Virus record (IMG/VR): IMGVR_UViG_3300045000_000115
Location: 1 to 43,717 of that record
Source: a virus
Taxonomy: Duplodnaviria > Caudoviricetes
Direction: 5' to 3' (one strand)
Length of the DNA: 43,717 nt
Shown here: in pieces, positions 34,101 to 43,169 of the stretch
How positions within the stretch are numbered: the stretch's first letter is position 1
Layout of the letters: every line of letters starts with the position of its first letter
Position numbers and translations under genes: made by a program
The notes under the pieces: model-generated
What the model saw: only the letters and a program-made list of their open reading frames with translations
Told to the model about the DNA's origin: nothing
Databases searched by the model: none

Positions 34101-34459
34101 TCGGCGAACGCGGCCGGATCCGCGGCCGAGACCGCATCCCCGAAACCGGTCGTGGCCAGCTTCAGCACGCCGTACGCGGCGGCCCCGGCCAGCGCCGCGC
34201 CGGGCAGCACGAGCAGCGCGCCGGACGCAGCGACGGTGCTGGCCGCGACCCCGGCGAGGATGGGCACCGCGCCGCCGACCGAGCCGAGCGCGAGGGTGGC
34301 TTTCGTCCCGGTGGTGAAGATCCGGGTCAGGGACTTGTCGACCGACTCGGTCTGCTTGCGGTAGGACTCGAGGTGCTGCTCGGCCTGCTTCGACGCGACG
34401 CCGAGCGCGGTGGCCGAGCCGTCGAACCGGACTTTGACGGTGCGTGAGGTGTCGGCCAT
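31160..34459 (-). CDS. Tape measure protein
   Basis: About 1100 aa, Ala/Gly-rich, helical; follows the tail chaperone genes. Confidence 0.92.
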   Translation of the reverse strand: MADTSRTVKVRFDGSATALGVASKQAEQHLESYRKQTESVDKSLTRIFTTGTKATLALGSVGGAVPILAGVAASTVAASGALLVLPGAALAGAAAYGVLKLATTGFGDAVSAADPAAFAEATKEMAPAAIETATALRGLRPEVVALRQEVQQRFFAGFADDARQLGGTYLPVLRPQLAGISGEFNLMGREAVRALMAPASVTAVNSVLGDTRGIVGDLRPALGNVLTGVLAIGGQGTAEFRGFGASVTDVTARFRDWATEAAKSGRITELIREGKGELRAWGDVAGNVGGILGTIFDGITDDQGNFADGLVETTQALEDFLNTAEGQGALQALGETLRVTADVARTVLMAALRELGPVIVESAPAAQEFARVLGVILVDAIQTVGPMVQDLARFLSENRDVIGTVVPILAGLVLGFKALSIIQSVAGWVGGAATAIGGLGAAAGPVGIAVGIAAAAVYVFTQRQNDAAAAARAHDGAIATLKGTLDEYTGAVTAATVAETSKDIAERKLTDGTTTFAKALRHAGITFVDYTNAASGNAEALAEVNSQLFTAAQRTPGLQELYARWKPRLDEAGVSFDTFTAAAIGNGGAFDELTTKVGASGSGIELWRQDLARAVGPVGELGSALGEYNSVLTEAQEQTRQAAEVSNNFHTILETVKAGLLGLKDGAAPLPPMVAAFTDLGGAAEVAAEAAAKSAAQFGGVSAGAEAARRSMEESRSSFIASATAAGLTADEANRLADQIGLIPAVAETRFETNAAGVAAELQELNAQFGLVPDAKSITVNALTDEARARLEELGFKVTELPNGQVLVEAQTDAARGKLDELVAYGLGLITVVQVDANPDPATGKITSTVQLGNGSIATMMLDALPDPATGKINGTVQYGNGQTATITLDGNPNPATGKVDGVVTYGNGQTARIQVDANTAAANAAIDHAARTRNTRINVTYFVTNSLPSNGGGTRPVQQQALGGLLRPMASGGHLSPMRGGIAQVVPPNTWRIIGDRLRGDEFYIPDDESLRSLSIGAEWARRRGFALMPRRYMQMASGGLLGGSAVATPAPTAMATGDTYVTVILDGEPIRATVRREIDTANRQTARGVRVGAGVTY

Positions 34460-34917
34460 CAGCGGGCCCACCGTTCGATGATCGCGTCGGCCACCTGACG
34501 CCACGTGGCCGCGATCTCGCTCTGGTTCTCCTCGACCGTTGCAAAGAACCAGTAGCTGTGCGCGCCCTGGTGTGGCCGGTACTGGCGGCCGAGCGACTCG
34601 CGGTAGCGGCCGCGGGCATACCAGCCGGAGCGTCGCGTCATGCCGAACTCAGAGCCGAAGAGCACGGCGCTGGCCTTCTTGGTGCCGCCGGCGGAGATGA
34701 CGGGCACCCGGTCCCGGCGAGCCTTCACCGAGGCCGCGGCGCGGGCGGACTGCGGCGTGTCAGCCATGCCGGCCGCCTGCACCCGATCGGCCAGAGTCCG
34801 GGACAGCTCCAACGTCCGGTCCCGCAGCTCGTTGTTGGCGTCGGCGGGCAGGTCGCGGAACGCGCGGATGGTCTCGCGCAGCCCGTGGACGCGCACGTTG
34901 ATCTTCAGTCCTGCCAC
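34459..34917 (-). CDS. HK97 gp10-like tail completion protein
   Basis: V.GLRETIRAF...EFG...YWFF. Confidence 0.7.
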   Translation of the reverse strand: MAGLKINVRVHGLRETIRAFRDLPADANNELRDRTLELSRTLADRVQAAGMADTPQSARAAASVKARRDRVPVISAGGTKKASAVLFGSEFGMTRRSGWYARGRYRESLGRQYRPHQGAHSYWFFATVEENQSEIAATWRQVADAIIERWAR

Positions 34918-34932
34918 GTGCGTCGCCCCTCC

Positions 34933-35357
34933 TTATCCGCTCATCTGCGGCCCGTCACGGCCGTCGTCGTGGTCCCCGCCGTTCAGCAGGTGGAGCGCGG
35001 TCACGATCGCCTGCTCGCCCTCCTCGGCCCACACGCTCGGCGGGATGCCGGTGCGCACCGCGAGGGCGACGAGGGTGCGGCTCAACGAGCCGGCGGGGTA
35101 GGGTCCGGCTCCGGCTCCTGGCCGAGCATCAACTTGTGCGTCGCCTCGAACTCCCGCGGCGTGCAGGTGATGAGGCCCTCCCGCTTGGCTGCGATGTAGG
35201 CCATGGAGTACGCGTCGATGAGACTGGCGCCCTCGAGGAGCAGCTTCGTGACCGACCGGCCTGCCTTCTGGCGCTCCCATTGCAGGACGTCGCGCGAGTC
35301 GGCGGTGAGTTCGAACCGGTCGCCCCCGTCGACCGGATCAACGGTGAAGGTGAACAT
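34933..35357 (-). CDS. Tail assembly chaperone pair (G: 35082-35357; G-T via -1 frameshift to 34933)
   Basis: Two overlapping frames before the TMP region; the second lacks its own good start; candidate shift at GAC CCT ACC. Confidence 0.7.
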
Positions 35358-35869
35358 CAGGCGCTCGTACCGATCAGCACGACGTCGTAGGAGACCGGGG
35401 TGACACCGGCGCTGTTCGCGATCTTGAGCAGGTCGGCGGTGCCGGCGCCGACGACGTAGCCGGTGGCGTCCGCATCGCCGGCGATCAGCGCGAGAGTGGC
35501 GCCCGGCCGGAGAGTGACGGTGTGCGTCGCCGCGCCGACCCACGACAGGAACTGTGTCGCGCTGGCGCCGCCGACCAGCACGTTGTTCGTGTTCGCGGCC
35601 GCGGCCTTGATGACCATGGCCTTGATCCGGGCGAAGGTGATCGCCGCGCCGAACGCGTCGGTGAGGATCCCGGCGAGGTCGAGATCTTCGGTGCTCGACG
35701 CGGCCAGGGTCCGGGTGTCAGCGAACAGCCTGTTGGCCTGGCCGGCGGCGACGCCGTCGGCGAGGCTGACGGAGTAGTCGGCGCTGACTGGTGCCGTGGC
35801 GGTGCCGAGATCCAGCACGCTGGTGTGCTTCGCCGCGACGGCGAGGCGCAGGGAGGACGTGAGGGGCAT
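35357..35869 (-). CDS. Virion-associated hypothetical protein
   Basis: 170-aa Ala/Thr/Gly-rich beta-type ORF between the major tail and chaperone genes. Confidence 0.7.
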   Translation of the reverse strand: MPLTSSLRLAVAAKHTSVLDLGTATAPVSADYSVSLADGVAAGQANRLFADTRTLAASSTEDLDLAGILTDAFGAAITFARIKAMVIKAAAANTNNVLVGGASATQFLSWVGAATHTVTLRPGATLALIAGDADATGYVVGAGTADLLKIANSAGVTPVSYDVVLIGTSA

Positions 35870-35884
35870 GGGTCCGGGCTCCGA

Positions 35885-36295
35885 TCAGGGGCGCGAGTAG
35901 ACGGGCTTGCCGACGCATTGCAGGGTCGTCGGCGTCTCCTCGGTCGTGCGGACGTCGCCGCCGACCGTTGGGGCCTTGACCTTCACCTGGCCCGTCCACC
36001 GGACGTGCTCGGCGGGGATATCCGGGTGGTGGTCGAGCTGGAAGGCGACCTGCGCGCCGTCGTTGAGCACGAGGTAGTCGCTGATGCCCCCGGAGCGCCA
36101 GTCCGAGTAGAACGTCATCTCGAGGGCGTAGTCCGGGTCTGTCTCCTCGCGGAACTCCTGGTCAGGTGCGAAGACGTAGCGCAGCTCGCCGTCGGCGGTG
36201 TTGTTGACGATCGTCCACGTCCGGACCTGGATCTGGTACTCGGTACCGGCCAGGTCGAACGTGATCGTCTTGAGCTTCCTGTTGTGCGCCGTCAT
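35885..36295 (-). CDS. Major tail (tube) protein
   Basis: Size, synteny, and WTG.VKVKAP.VGG motif. Confidence 0.75.
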   Translation of the reverse strand: MTAHNRKLKTITFDLAGTEYQIQVRTWTIVNNTADGELRYVFAPDQEFREETDPDYALEMTFYSDWRSGGISDYLVLNDGAQVAFQLDHHPDIPAEHVRWTGQVKVKAPTVGGDVRTTEETPTTLQCVGKPVYSRP

Positions 36296-36648
36296 AGCGA
36301 GACCTCCACTTGGATCTCGTAGCAGGGGAGTTCGGTGCCGCCGGTCGTGAAGGTGCCGGGGTTTGCCTGGCGGACCACCGCGTCATCGACCTCTTCGATC
36401 GCTGCAGCCGCCTGCGGGACGAGATCCCACAGCCGCACCATGGCGCGCTCGTCGGCGGTCACCAACACGATGACCACGAACCTGGCCGCGGTCGGGCCGA
36501 CGTCGTAGGCGCCCCACGTGAGTTGCGGAGGGCCGACCAGCGCCGCCGGCGGATCGACGGATGCGCCGGGGTCGGTGTAGACGCGCAACTCGGGGACGGA
36601 GCGCAGCGCGGTGGCTAGCTCCTCGGCTGCCGTCTCGATGGCGTTCAT
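36292..36648 (-). CDS. Tail terminator-like protein
   Basis: L.VY......V.PPAA.VGPP...LPCY; synteny. Confidence 0.7.
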   Translation of the reverse strand: MNAIETAAEELATALRSVPELRVYTDPGASVDPPAALVGPPQLTWGAYDVGPTAARFVVIVLVTADERAMVRLWDLVPQAAAAIEEVDDAVVRQANPGTFTTGGTELPCYEIQVEVSL

Positions 36649-37004
36649 CCGACCATCGGCTCTCGGTAGCGCCCGACACCGAGCAGCCGCTCGATGTCGG
36701 CGTCCAGCGCCGGAACGCTGGAGTTGCCCAGCTCGCCCATGCTCACCAGACCGTCCGGTGACCGGCGACGGGTGTGCCACCTGCCGGCCAGCCGAACGGC
36801 GCCGAGGGCGACGTCCGGGCCGGGCGCGGGAAGCTCGACGAACGGATCGGCGTCGAAGTTGAACGACCCCGCGCGGAGCAGGGCAACGTGGGCGATCGCG
36901 GCGGCGAGCTGAACGCCGAGGCGCGCGTCATCGCCCTCGCGGACGTCCACGGGATTGATGCCCAGGTCGCCCTTGAGATCGTCCACGGTCGGCGGCCAGT
37001 CCAC
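36645..37004 (-). CDS. Head-to-tail adaptor
   Basis: WPPT..DLK..L...LGAVRLA.RW..RRRSPDG...D.DIERLL. Confidence 0.8.
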   Translation of the reverse strand: MDWPPTVDDLKGDLGINPVDVREGDDARLGVQLAAAIAHVALLRAGSFNFDADPFVELPAPGPDVALGAVRLAGRWHTRRRSPDGLVSMGELGNSSVPALDADIERLLGVGRYREPMVG

Positions 37005-37007
37005 CGG

Positions 37008-37250
37008 TCACACCTCGCCGTCGTGCGGGTCGGCGTCCGCCGCCTTGTTCCCGTCCGCCGCCTTCGCCTTGTCGGCCGGCTTCGAGCGGGCCTTCTGCCG
37101 GTTGGGCGCGGGCAGGAGCCCCAGCTCGATGGCCAGCGCGTCGGGGACCTCCTGACCCGGCGTGTAGGCCAGGAACGCGGCGGCCGGGTCGCCGTCCGAG
37201 ACGAGACGCTCCCGGTCGGCGGTGTGCCACAGCCGTCTCTTGACGATCAC
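37008..37250 (-). CDS. Small head-associated hypothetical protein
   Basis: RLW.T.D..RLV..GDP.AAFL; Lys/Ala tail. Confidence 0.7.
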   Translation of the reverse strand: MIVKRRLWHTADRERLVSDGDPAAAFLAYTPGQEVPDALAIELGLLPAPNRQKARSKPADKAKAADGNKAADADPHDGEV

Positions 37251-37645
37251 CTGTAGAACACCACCAACCGGAACTTGCCGGCGGTCAGCGCGGCCGTCGC
37301 GATGGCCATCGTCAGCTGCCGGGCGACCGTGGTCTTCACCGCTGTGGCGCCGGTCCCGGCCGGGACGATGCTGCGCCGGCCCGCGGCGAGCCCCGCCTGC
37401 CCGGTCGCGCCCAGCAGGTCGCCCGCGGCCTCCGCAGTGAGCGCGACGGTGCCCGTGGCCGACGCGACGGACGTCTCGACGTCGATGTACCCGCCGGTGA
37501 TCACCGACCCGGCGGGGAGAACCGCGCCGTGCGAATCCCCGGCCGCAGTGCGCATGTTGATCGTGCCGACCGCGCCGCCGTCGACCGCGAAGTCGTAGTC
37601 GGCCTGCGCGGTCTTGAGCCGCGCAGTTCCTTCGATGATCGGCAT
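37247..37645 (-). CDS. Putative capsid decoration protein
   Basis: Directly after the capsid gene; YDFAVDGGA...LPAG.VI...LTAGK. Confidence 0.6.
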   Translation of the reverse strand: MPIIEGTARLKTAQADYDFAVDGGAVGTINMRTAAGDSHGAVLPAGSVITGGYIDVETSVASATGTVALTAEAAGDLLGATGQAGLAAGRRSIVPAGTGATAVKTTVARQLTMAIATAALTAGKFRLVVFYR

Positions 37646-37650
37646 CGTGA

Positions 37651-38889
37651 TCAGAGCCCCGTCACCGTGCAGAACGCCGCCGGCCGGTAGACGACGAGCG
37701 CCGCGCGGATGTCGGCGCGCATGGCCTGCTTGCCCTCGATGAAGTAGGTGCCGTGGCTGTTGGAGACCTGCACGTCCATGCCGCGGCGGATCGCGAGCTC
37801 GCTGAAGTTCGCGAAGTCCCCGACGAGCGAGGTGCCGGCGGTCTCGGCCTGCGCGCGGGCGACCTGCAGGCCCCAGATGCGCTCGGGGCCCTGGTCGGAT
37901 GGGTTGCCCCAGATGTAGAGCCCGTCGGCGGTGCGAAGGAGCCGGATGCCCTGCCAGTCGATCGGGTTCATCACCACCGCGTTCGCGACGGCCTGCCCGA
38001 TGGTCTCCACCTTCACGATCGCCTTGTAGATGGCGTCGGGGGTGGGGTCGGCGCCCTTGGCCTGCGTCTGGATGCCGACGATGTTGAGGAGCCCGCGCAG
38101 GTTCGGCGCGGTCCCGTTCCCGACGAGCAGCTGCAAGTCCAGGCGCTGGCGGATCATGAAAGGCAGCCGGTTGTCGATGTAGCCGCGGACCTGCGGCTCG
38201 TCCTCGAGCTGCTCGTCGGTGACGGGCAAATACACCGCGATCTTCCGCACGATGGAGGACTGCTCGGTCAATGCGAGCGCCGCCTCCTGGTACGTGCCAC
38301 CCTCTGCGGTCTCAGCCGCAGCGTTGGTGAAGGTGGTCTCCTCCATGTACTGCACCGCGGACTGCGACGTCGTGGTCTGCGGGATCAGGTCGGCAACCTG
38401 GATCGGACGGGTCGCGTACGGGACGACGCGTCCGGTGCGGGTCTCCTCCGGGTCCCACCCACCGGTGGTCGTCATCAGCGTCTTGAGCTCGACGTCGAGC
38501 GTGGCCTCCGGGCCGACCCGGCCCTGCTTGCCCTTGTAGGCCTGGCTCTCGACGAACAGCTCGCCGATCGACTTGCGTCCGGGTGCCCGGCCGCCGTCCC
38601 GGCCGGCGTCCGCGCCGGGCTCGCCGTTGGTCCCGCCCGGCTTGTCGGTGGAGGTCTTGGACCGTTCCGCGGCCTTCTGCACGGCGAGCAGGTCGTCCCG
38701 CTGCTTGCCGAGGTCGGTCTGCTCGTCGTTGAGAGCGCGCACGTGGGCGGCGATCTCGAAGGTGTTGCCCTTGACGGACTTCACCTTGGTGAAGTCCATC
38801 TCCGGGCCGGCCTCGTCGAAGATGGTCGCGAGCTCCTTGCGCTTCGCGGTCAGCTTCTCCTCGGCCTCTTTGAGGGCGGGGAACGTCAT
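37651..38889 (-). CDS. Major capsid protein (HK97 fold)
   Basis: Delta-domain-like N-terminus; AEG, GNG, VMNP.DW and RPAAF motifs. Confidence 0.95.
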   Translation of the reverse strand: MTFPALKEAEEKLTAKRKELATIFDEAGPEMDFTKVKSVKGNTFEIAAHVRALNDEQTDLGKQRDDLLAVQKAAERSKTSTDKPGGTNGEPGADAGRDGGRAPGRKSIGELFVESQAYKGKQGRVGPEATLDVELKTLMTTTGGWDPEETRTGRVVPYATRPIQVADLIPQTTTSQSAVQYMEETTFTNAAAETAEGGTYQEAALALTEQSSIVRKIAVYLPVTDEQLEDEPQVRGYIDNRLPFMIRQRLDLQLLVGNGTAPNLRGLLNIVGIQTQAKGADPTPDAIYKAIVKVETIGQAVANAVVMNPIDWQGIRLLRTADGLYIWGNPSDQGPERIWGLQVARAQAETAGTSLVGDFANFSELAIRRGMDVQVSNSHGTYFIEGKQAMRADIRAALVVYRPAAFCTVTGL

Positions 38890-40001
38890 GGGGTCACGTC
38901 TCCTGACTGCAGCGACTGGATGTAGCGCACGAACTCCCGCGCGAGGTCGTCCTGCGGGGAGTCGATCAAGGACTTCAGCCGTCGCAGGTCGTCGTGGATC
39001 CAGTCCAGGAGATCCACCGACGCCGACGCGAGGGCCTTGCCCTTGCCCTTCTGCGCGCGCAGAGCCACGACTTCTTGCGCGCGGTCGAGGAGCCCGGACA
39101 CGCCGGCCAGGGCGGCGGCGGCCTCCTCGTGAAACTTCAGCGGCCCGCCGGTGGCGGCCCGCAGCTCGGGGGGTTCGCGGTCGGCGTCGACGAGGTGCCC
39201 GGCGAGGTGCTGATACACCCCGGCCCGGTCCTTCTCCGGGACGCCGGCGACGCCGCGGGCGCCGTTGAGCACCGCGATCCCGGTCACGCAGGCGCGCAGG
39301 TTCGCCTCACCGCCGACTCCGTGGTGGTGCGGGAACCGGTAGTTGGTCTTCGCCTCGGGGTCACCGTCGGTGTCGACCCACGCGAACAGGGTCCGCAGGT
39401 CCGACACCGAGGCGTCGTCGGGGATCGCGGCGACCGTGGCCACGGCGTCCCACGACTTCGCGGTGACTGGTGTCTCGTGCGGCCGGATCGCGGCCTTGAA
39501 CTCCGGAGAACCGGCCACCGGCTGTTCCTTCCCGTAGGAGTTGGCCGCCTTCGCGGCGAGGGTGCGGGTGCCGACGCCGGCGCCGACCAGGACCGGTGAC
39601 ACCTCGTGCACGAGCTGCCGCTTGAGGAACCGCACGTCGCGCCCCTGGAACGTGCCCGGCTCCGCCTCGAGAACGTCGAAGCCGTAGGACCACTGCTGGC
39701 GCTCGCCGAGCTCCTTGACGACCAGGAACGTGTCGCGGGCCGCGGGGATGTTCATGAAGAACTGGCCTTCGAGGATCGCCTCGGTGTCGGTGGTGCGGAT
39801 CCGGCCCTTCCCGACCGGGGGCACGCCGCTCCAGCTGGTGTGCTGGTAGGACGAGATGAGCACCTCGGCGCCGTCTTCGAACGCGCCGGGCAGAGTGACG
39901 TCCCCATCGGAGTCGATGGCGTTGAATGTGGAGAAAACAGCCTCGACCTCGCCGCGGTCGGCGCTCTTGATCTCAACGTGCTGGAAGTGCTTGCTGTCCA
40001 T
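38886..40001 (-). CDS. Prohead protease (HK97/S78) with C-terminal extension
   Basis: DSDGD...PGAF, QH, WSYGF and EVSPV.VGA motifs. Confidence 0.92.
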   Translation of the reverse strand: MDSKHFQHVEIKSADRGEVEAVFSTFNAIDSDGDVTLPGAFEDGAEVLISSYQHTSWSGVPPVGKGRIRTTDTEAILEGQFFMNIPAARDTFLVVKELGERQQWSYGFDVLEAEPGTFQGRDVRFLKRQLVHEVSPVLVGAGVGTRTLAAKAANSYGKEQPVAGSPEFKAAIRPHETPVTAKSWDAVATVAAIPDDASVSDLRTLFAWVDTDGDPEAKTNYRFPHHHGVGGEANLRACVTGIAVLNGARGVAGVPEKDRAGVYQHLAGHLVDADREPPELRAATGGPLKFHEEAAAALAGVSGLLDRAQEVVALRAQKGKGKALASASVDLLDWIHDDLRRLKSLIDSPQDDLAREFVRYIQSLQSGDVTP

Positions 40002-41349
40002 TCACGCCCCTCCCGTTCAGTGAGGGCGCCGGGTTCGCGCCGCGCTGTTGCAGCTGGACCGACACGTAGCCGGTGTGGACGAGCACGGTGAAGTCGCCGG
40101 TTGTGACGGCCTTTACCGCGGTGTCGGGCTCGTAGCCGGCCTCGATCAGGGTGCGGACGGTGTCGGCCTCGCGGCCCTGGATCTCGGCGGCGTCGCGCAG
40201 GTCCTCGCGCAGGAAGCTGATGTCGCGGTCGTCGTACCAGAGCTGCGCGCCGTCGCCGCGGTCCACGAGGGGCTGCAGGCTCGCGGCTGCCATCCGCCAT
40301 AGCGGCCGGATCGTGCCGTCGCCGAAGTGACGTTTGGCCTGGTTGTAGTTGCTGTAGGTCTGAGCGGCGAGCCCTTCGGACAGGCCGACGATCACCGGTG
40401 GGACGCGCGCGGCCGCGGCGATCCGCGTCTCGCCGGCACCCTGGGTCATCTTGAAGTCGAGCTGGCGCAAGTCCATCGTCAGCGGCTTCACGTCGGCGCC
40501 GCCGCCGAGGAACAGCGTGCGGTAGGCGTTGTCGGCGCCCTTGTGGTTGAGCTCGAATGCGGCCTTGAACTTCTCGAAGGCCTCGACGGACACGTCTTTG
40601 TCGAGGCTGACCGACAGGGCTGGTGTTGCGCCGTTGCGGAAGAACCGGCCCTTGTGCACGGTCGCGGCCTTGTCCGCCTCGATCTCCCGCAGCACCGGGG
40701 TCAGCCACGACATGCCGCGCCACCGGGCGTGCGGGTCCGGGATCGGGGAGTAGTGGCAGACCTCTTCGGGCAGCAGCAGCATCTCGTCGTCGGGTGACCC
40801 CGGCGGCAGGTACTGGTAGCCGACGATCTTCGCGTCCAGGGCATGCGGGCTCTGCGATCCGGACGGGGAGCCGGACACGATCGTCACCCAGTCCGGCCGT
40901 ATCCGGACGGCGCGGCGCCCCGGGCCGCCCCGCGACCCGCGGCCGATGCGGCCGTGGTCGTCGGCGGTCGTGGCGAAGAAGTTCCCGGCCAGGCTGGCGT
41001 CGGACTCCATCCGCGCCAGCAGCTCCCCGGTCGTCCCACCGGGCCACGGCTGCTCCAGCAGCGCGAGGAGCGGGTCACCGAACAGGTCACCCGGTCGTCC
41101 GCCGGCGAAGCGCCGGAACTGGAAGCGGGTCTCGGAGAACAGCAGCTGGCGGGCCAGGATGCACGCGAAGATGACGCCGTTGTCCTTGTAGGCCTGCCGG
41201 ACGTAGCCCTCGAAGTCGTTCTCGATGCGCTCGTCCCCGCCCAGCGTGGACCCGTGCATCGGGTAGCGCAGGTGGTCGAGCTGCCAGAACGCCGGCTCGG
41301 TGAACGCCTTGCGGCCGCGCCCGAGCAGGGACTCGATCAGGGTTGTCAC
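39973..41349 (-). CDS. Portal protein (HK97 family)
   Basis: VIFACI, GNFF, RGMSWL, FFRNGATP and IAAAARVPP motifs. Confidence 0.95.
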   Translation of the reverse strand: MTTLIESLLGRGRKAFTEPAFWQLDHLRYPMHGSTLGGDERIENDFEGYVRQAYKDNGVIFACILARQLLFSETRFQFRRFAGGRPGDLFGDPLLALLEQPWPGGTTGELLARMESDASLAGNFFATTADDHGRIGRGSRGGPGRRAVRIRPDWVTIVSGSPSGSQSPHALDAKIVGYQYLPPGSPDDEMLLLPEEVCHYSPIPDPHARWRGMSWLTPVLREIEADKAATVHKGRFFRNGATPALSVSLDKDVSVEAFEKFKAAFELNHKGADNAYRTLFLGGGADVKPLTMDLRQLDFKMTQGAGETRIAAAARVPPVIVGLSEGLAAQTYSNYNQAKRHFGDGTIRPLWRMAAASLQPLVDRGDGAQLWYDDRDISFLREDLRDAAEIQGREADTVRTLIEAGYEPDTAVKAVTTGDFTVLVHTGYVSVQLQQRGANPAPSLNGRGVNGQQALPAR

Positions 41350-41507
41350 GGGCCGCTGCTGACGTCGAGCAGGAACAGGCACGCCCACACGGCGAGCAGC
41401 GCGCCGCCGACGATGAATGCCAGCGGGACGCTGAGCATGGCGACGCCGGCGACGATGAGCGCCGCGGCGAGCGCCAGGAGCACCGCGAGAGGCATCAGCT
41501 TCGGCAC
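41346..41507 (-). CDS. Small two-TM membrane protein (53 aa, not in ORF track)
   Basis: VPKLMPLAVLLALAAALIVAG...; AGGAG RBS; stop overlaps the portal GTG. Confidence 0.75.
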   Translation of the reverse strand: MPKLMPLAVLLALAAALIVAGVAMLSVPLAFIVGGALLAVWACLFLLDVSSGP

Positions 41508-41527
41508 GCGAGCTCCTGGTCAGACCT

Positions 41528-41582
41528 TGATCGATCTCATCTATTGGGAGAGTAGGTCACGGATCACCCCTGGTAACAGGGG
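41528..41582 (-). promoter_or_regulatory. Putative late promoter element, copy B
   Basis: Homologous to 871-942; TACTCT -10-like hexamer on the minus strand. Confidence 0.55.
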
Positions 41583-41626
41583 CGCACCGACGAATCGTCG
41601 GCCGGTATTGACGATACGTCGGTGCG
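41583..41626 (-). terminator. 17-bp stem hairpin right after terL
   Basis: CGCACCGACGAATCGTC-N10-GACGATACGTCGGTGCG (1 mismatch). Confidence 0.65.
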
Positions 41627-41630
41627 GTCG

Positions 41631-43169
41631 TCAGACCCACGCCGCCATCGGCACGCGCTCTACCTGCGCGCCGTGCACACGGAAGCCGTGCCGGGCGAGG
41701 GTGACGGCGACGAGCGGGCAGATGTCACCGCTCGAGTCGCGGCGGTCCCACGCCCACGCATCGACCGACACCCGGGTCGTGGACTGCTCCACCGCGGCGT
41801 TCAGTGCCTCCTGGTCGCAGTGCCGCCACCGGTCATCGGCGATGTCGTTGACCAGCGCCCCGCAGGCCTGCGCCATCTCTCGGCCGCTCACGAGGACCGG
41901 TTCGATCCCGGCCGCCTGCAGGTCCCCGAGCAGCGCCCCGGCAGGGCCGGACGGGTCGAGCAGGAACGCTGCCGGCCCGTAGCGGTCGCGCAGCTCCACT
42001 GCGCGCGCCACGACCCATCCGGTGCCGGGCCGGTAGTCCACGACCTTCGTGTGCAGCCGGCCGTCCTCGCGGCAGCCGCCGGACGCGATCGCGGCCGAGC
42101 GGCCGCCGGGAGAGGCGTCGATGGCGAACACGAGCGGCGACCCGGGCGCCGGCCGGGACGCCGGGTCGCCGCGCTCGGCCCACATCTCGAGGTCGATGAC
42201 GCCGCCCCCGACCTGTACCGGGCGGGGCCACACGCACAGCGACTCGCGGGCGAACCCGAGCTGGCCGAGCTTGCGGCGCAGCCGGGCCAGCCGCTCCACC
42301 TTGATGCGGCTCCCCAGCGCGGGGTTGGTCCTCGCCCACAGCTCGCGGTCGTCGACGTCGACAGGCGGCCGCTCGTTCGGGCCGCCCTGGTCGACGCCGT
42401 CGAGCTCGTCGAGCCAGCCGCCGAGCCCCCAGTCGCGGTAGCCGAGCGAGTCGTCCCCGCCGGCCTCGGCGCGGGCCCGCAGGCCGTACATGACCTCGCC
42501 GGACAGCCCGTTCAGCGGCGGCGTCGAGGTGTACACCGTCTGCTCGTCGGCCACGGCGAGCGTCGTCGGTGCGAGCGCGTCCTGCTGCGCCAGCGTGTAG
42601 GCGAAGGTCTCATCGATGAGCTGCACGTTCGCGGTGAAGCCGCGCCCGGAGCCTTTCGAGCGGGCGACGAACTTGATCCGCTGCCCGGTGTCGAGCCGCT
42701 CGAACCCCTCGTGGCCGTTCGTGTTGTTGACCTTGACGAGGCACCAAGAGTCCTCGTCCAGCTGCACCTCGATGAGGTTCGGGTCGGCCGGGTTGGGTAG
42801 CCGGCCGAGACGGACGATCAGCGCCTTGAGCCGGCGGAACGCCTCCATGGCGGTCTTCACCTCGTGCGCCGACCACGCGATGAGCTCCTCGCCGAGCAAG
42901 AGGAACCCGACCAGCGCCCGTGCCTCGAGGATGGCGCCCTTGCCGTTCTGGCGGGCGACCCACTCGCAGTACTCGCCGCACGCCCAGGTGCCGTCCGAGC
43001 GGAAGGCGAGCATCAGGTTGCACGCGTCGACCTGCCACGGGTCGAGCGGCTTGCCCGCCCGCGCCATCAGCTCCGCGGCGAGGTCCCCGAACGTCCCGAC
43101 AATGCCGGGCGGGATCAGCTCAAGCCGGGGACGAGCTGCGGCGCTGGGCGAGCTTTGCTGCGAGGTCAC
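41631..43169 (-). CDS. terL: Terminase large subunit
   Basis: LDPWQ, ARQNGKG (Walker A), LIDE (Walker B) and a nuclease domain ending DICPLVA. Confidence 0.95.
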   Translation of the reverse strand: MTSQQSSPSAAARPRLELIPPGIVGTFGDLAAELMARAGKPLDPWQVDACNLMLAFRSDGTWACGEYCEWVARQNGKGAILEARALVGFLLLGEELIAWSAHEVKTAMEAFRRLKALIVRLGRLPNPADPNLIEVQLDEDSWCLVKVNNTNGHEGFERLDTGQRIKFVARSKGSGRGFTANVQLIDETFAYTLAQQDALAPTTLAVADEQTVYTSTPPLNGLSGEVMYGLRARAEAGGDDSLGYRDWGLGGWLDELDGVDQGGPNERPPVDVDDRELWARTNPALGSRIKVERLARLRRKLGQLGFARESLCVWPRPVQVGGGVIDLEMWAERGDPASRPAPGSPLVFAIDASPGGRSAAIASGGCREDGRLHTKVVDYRPGTGWVVARAVELRDRYGPAAFLLDPSGPAGALLGDLQAAGIEPVLVSGREMAQACGALVNDIADDRWRHCDQEALNAAVEQSTTRVSVDAWAWDRRDSSGDICPLVAVTLARHGFRVHGAQVERVPMAAWV

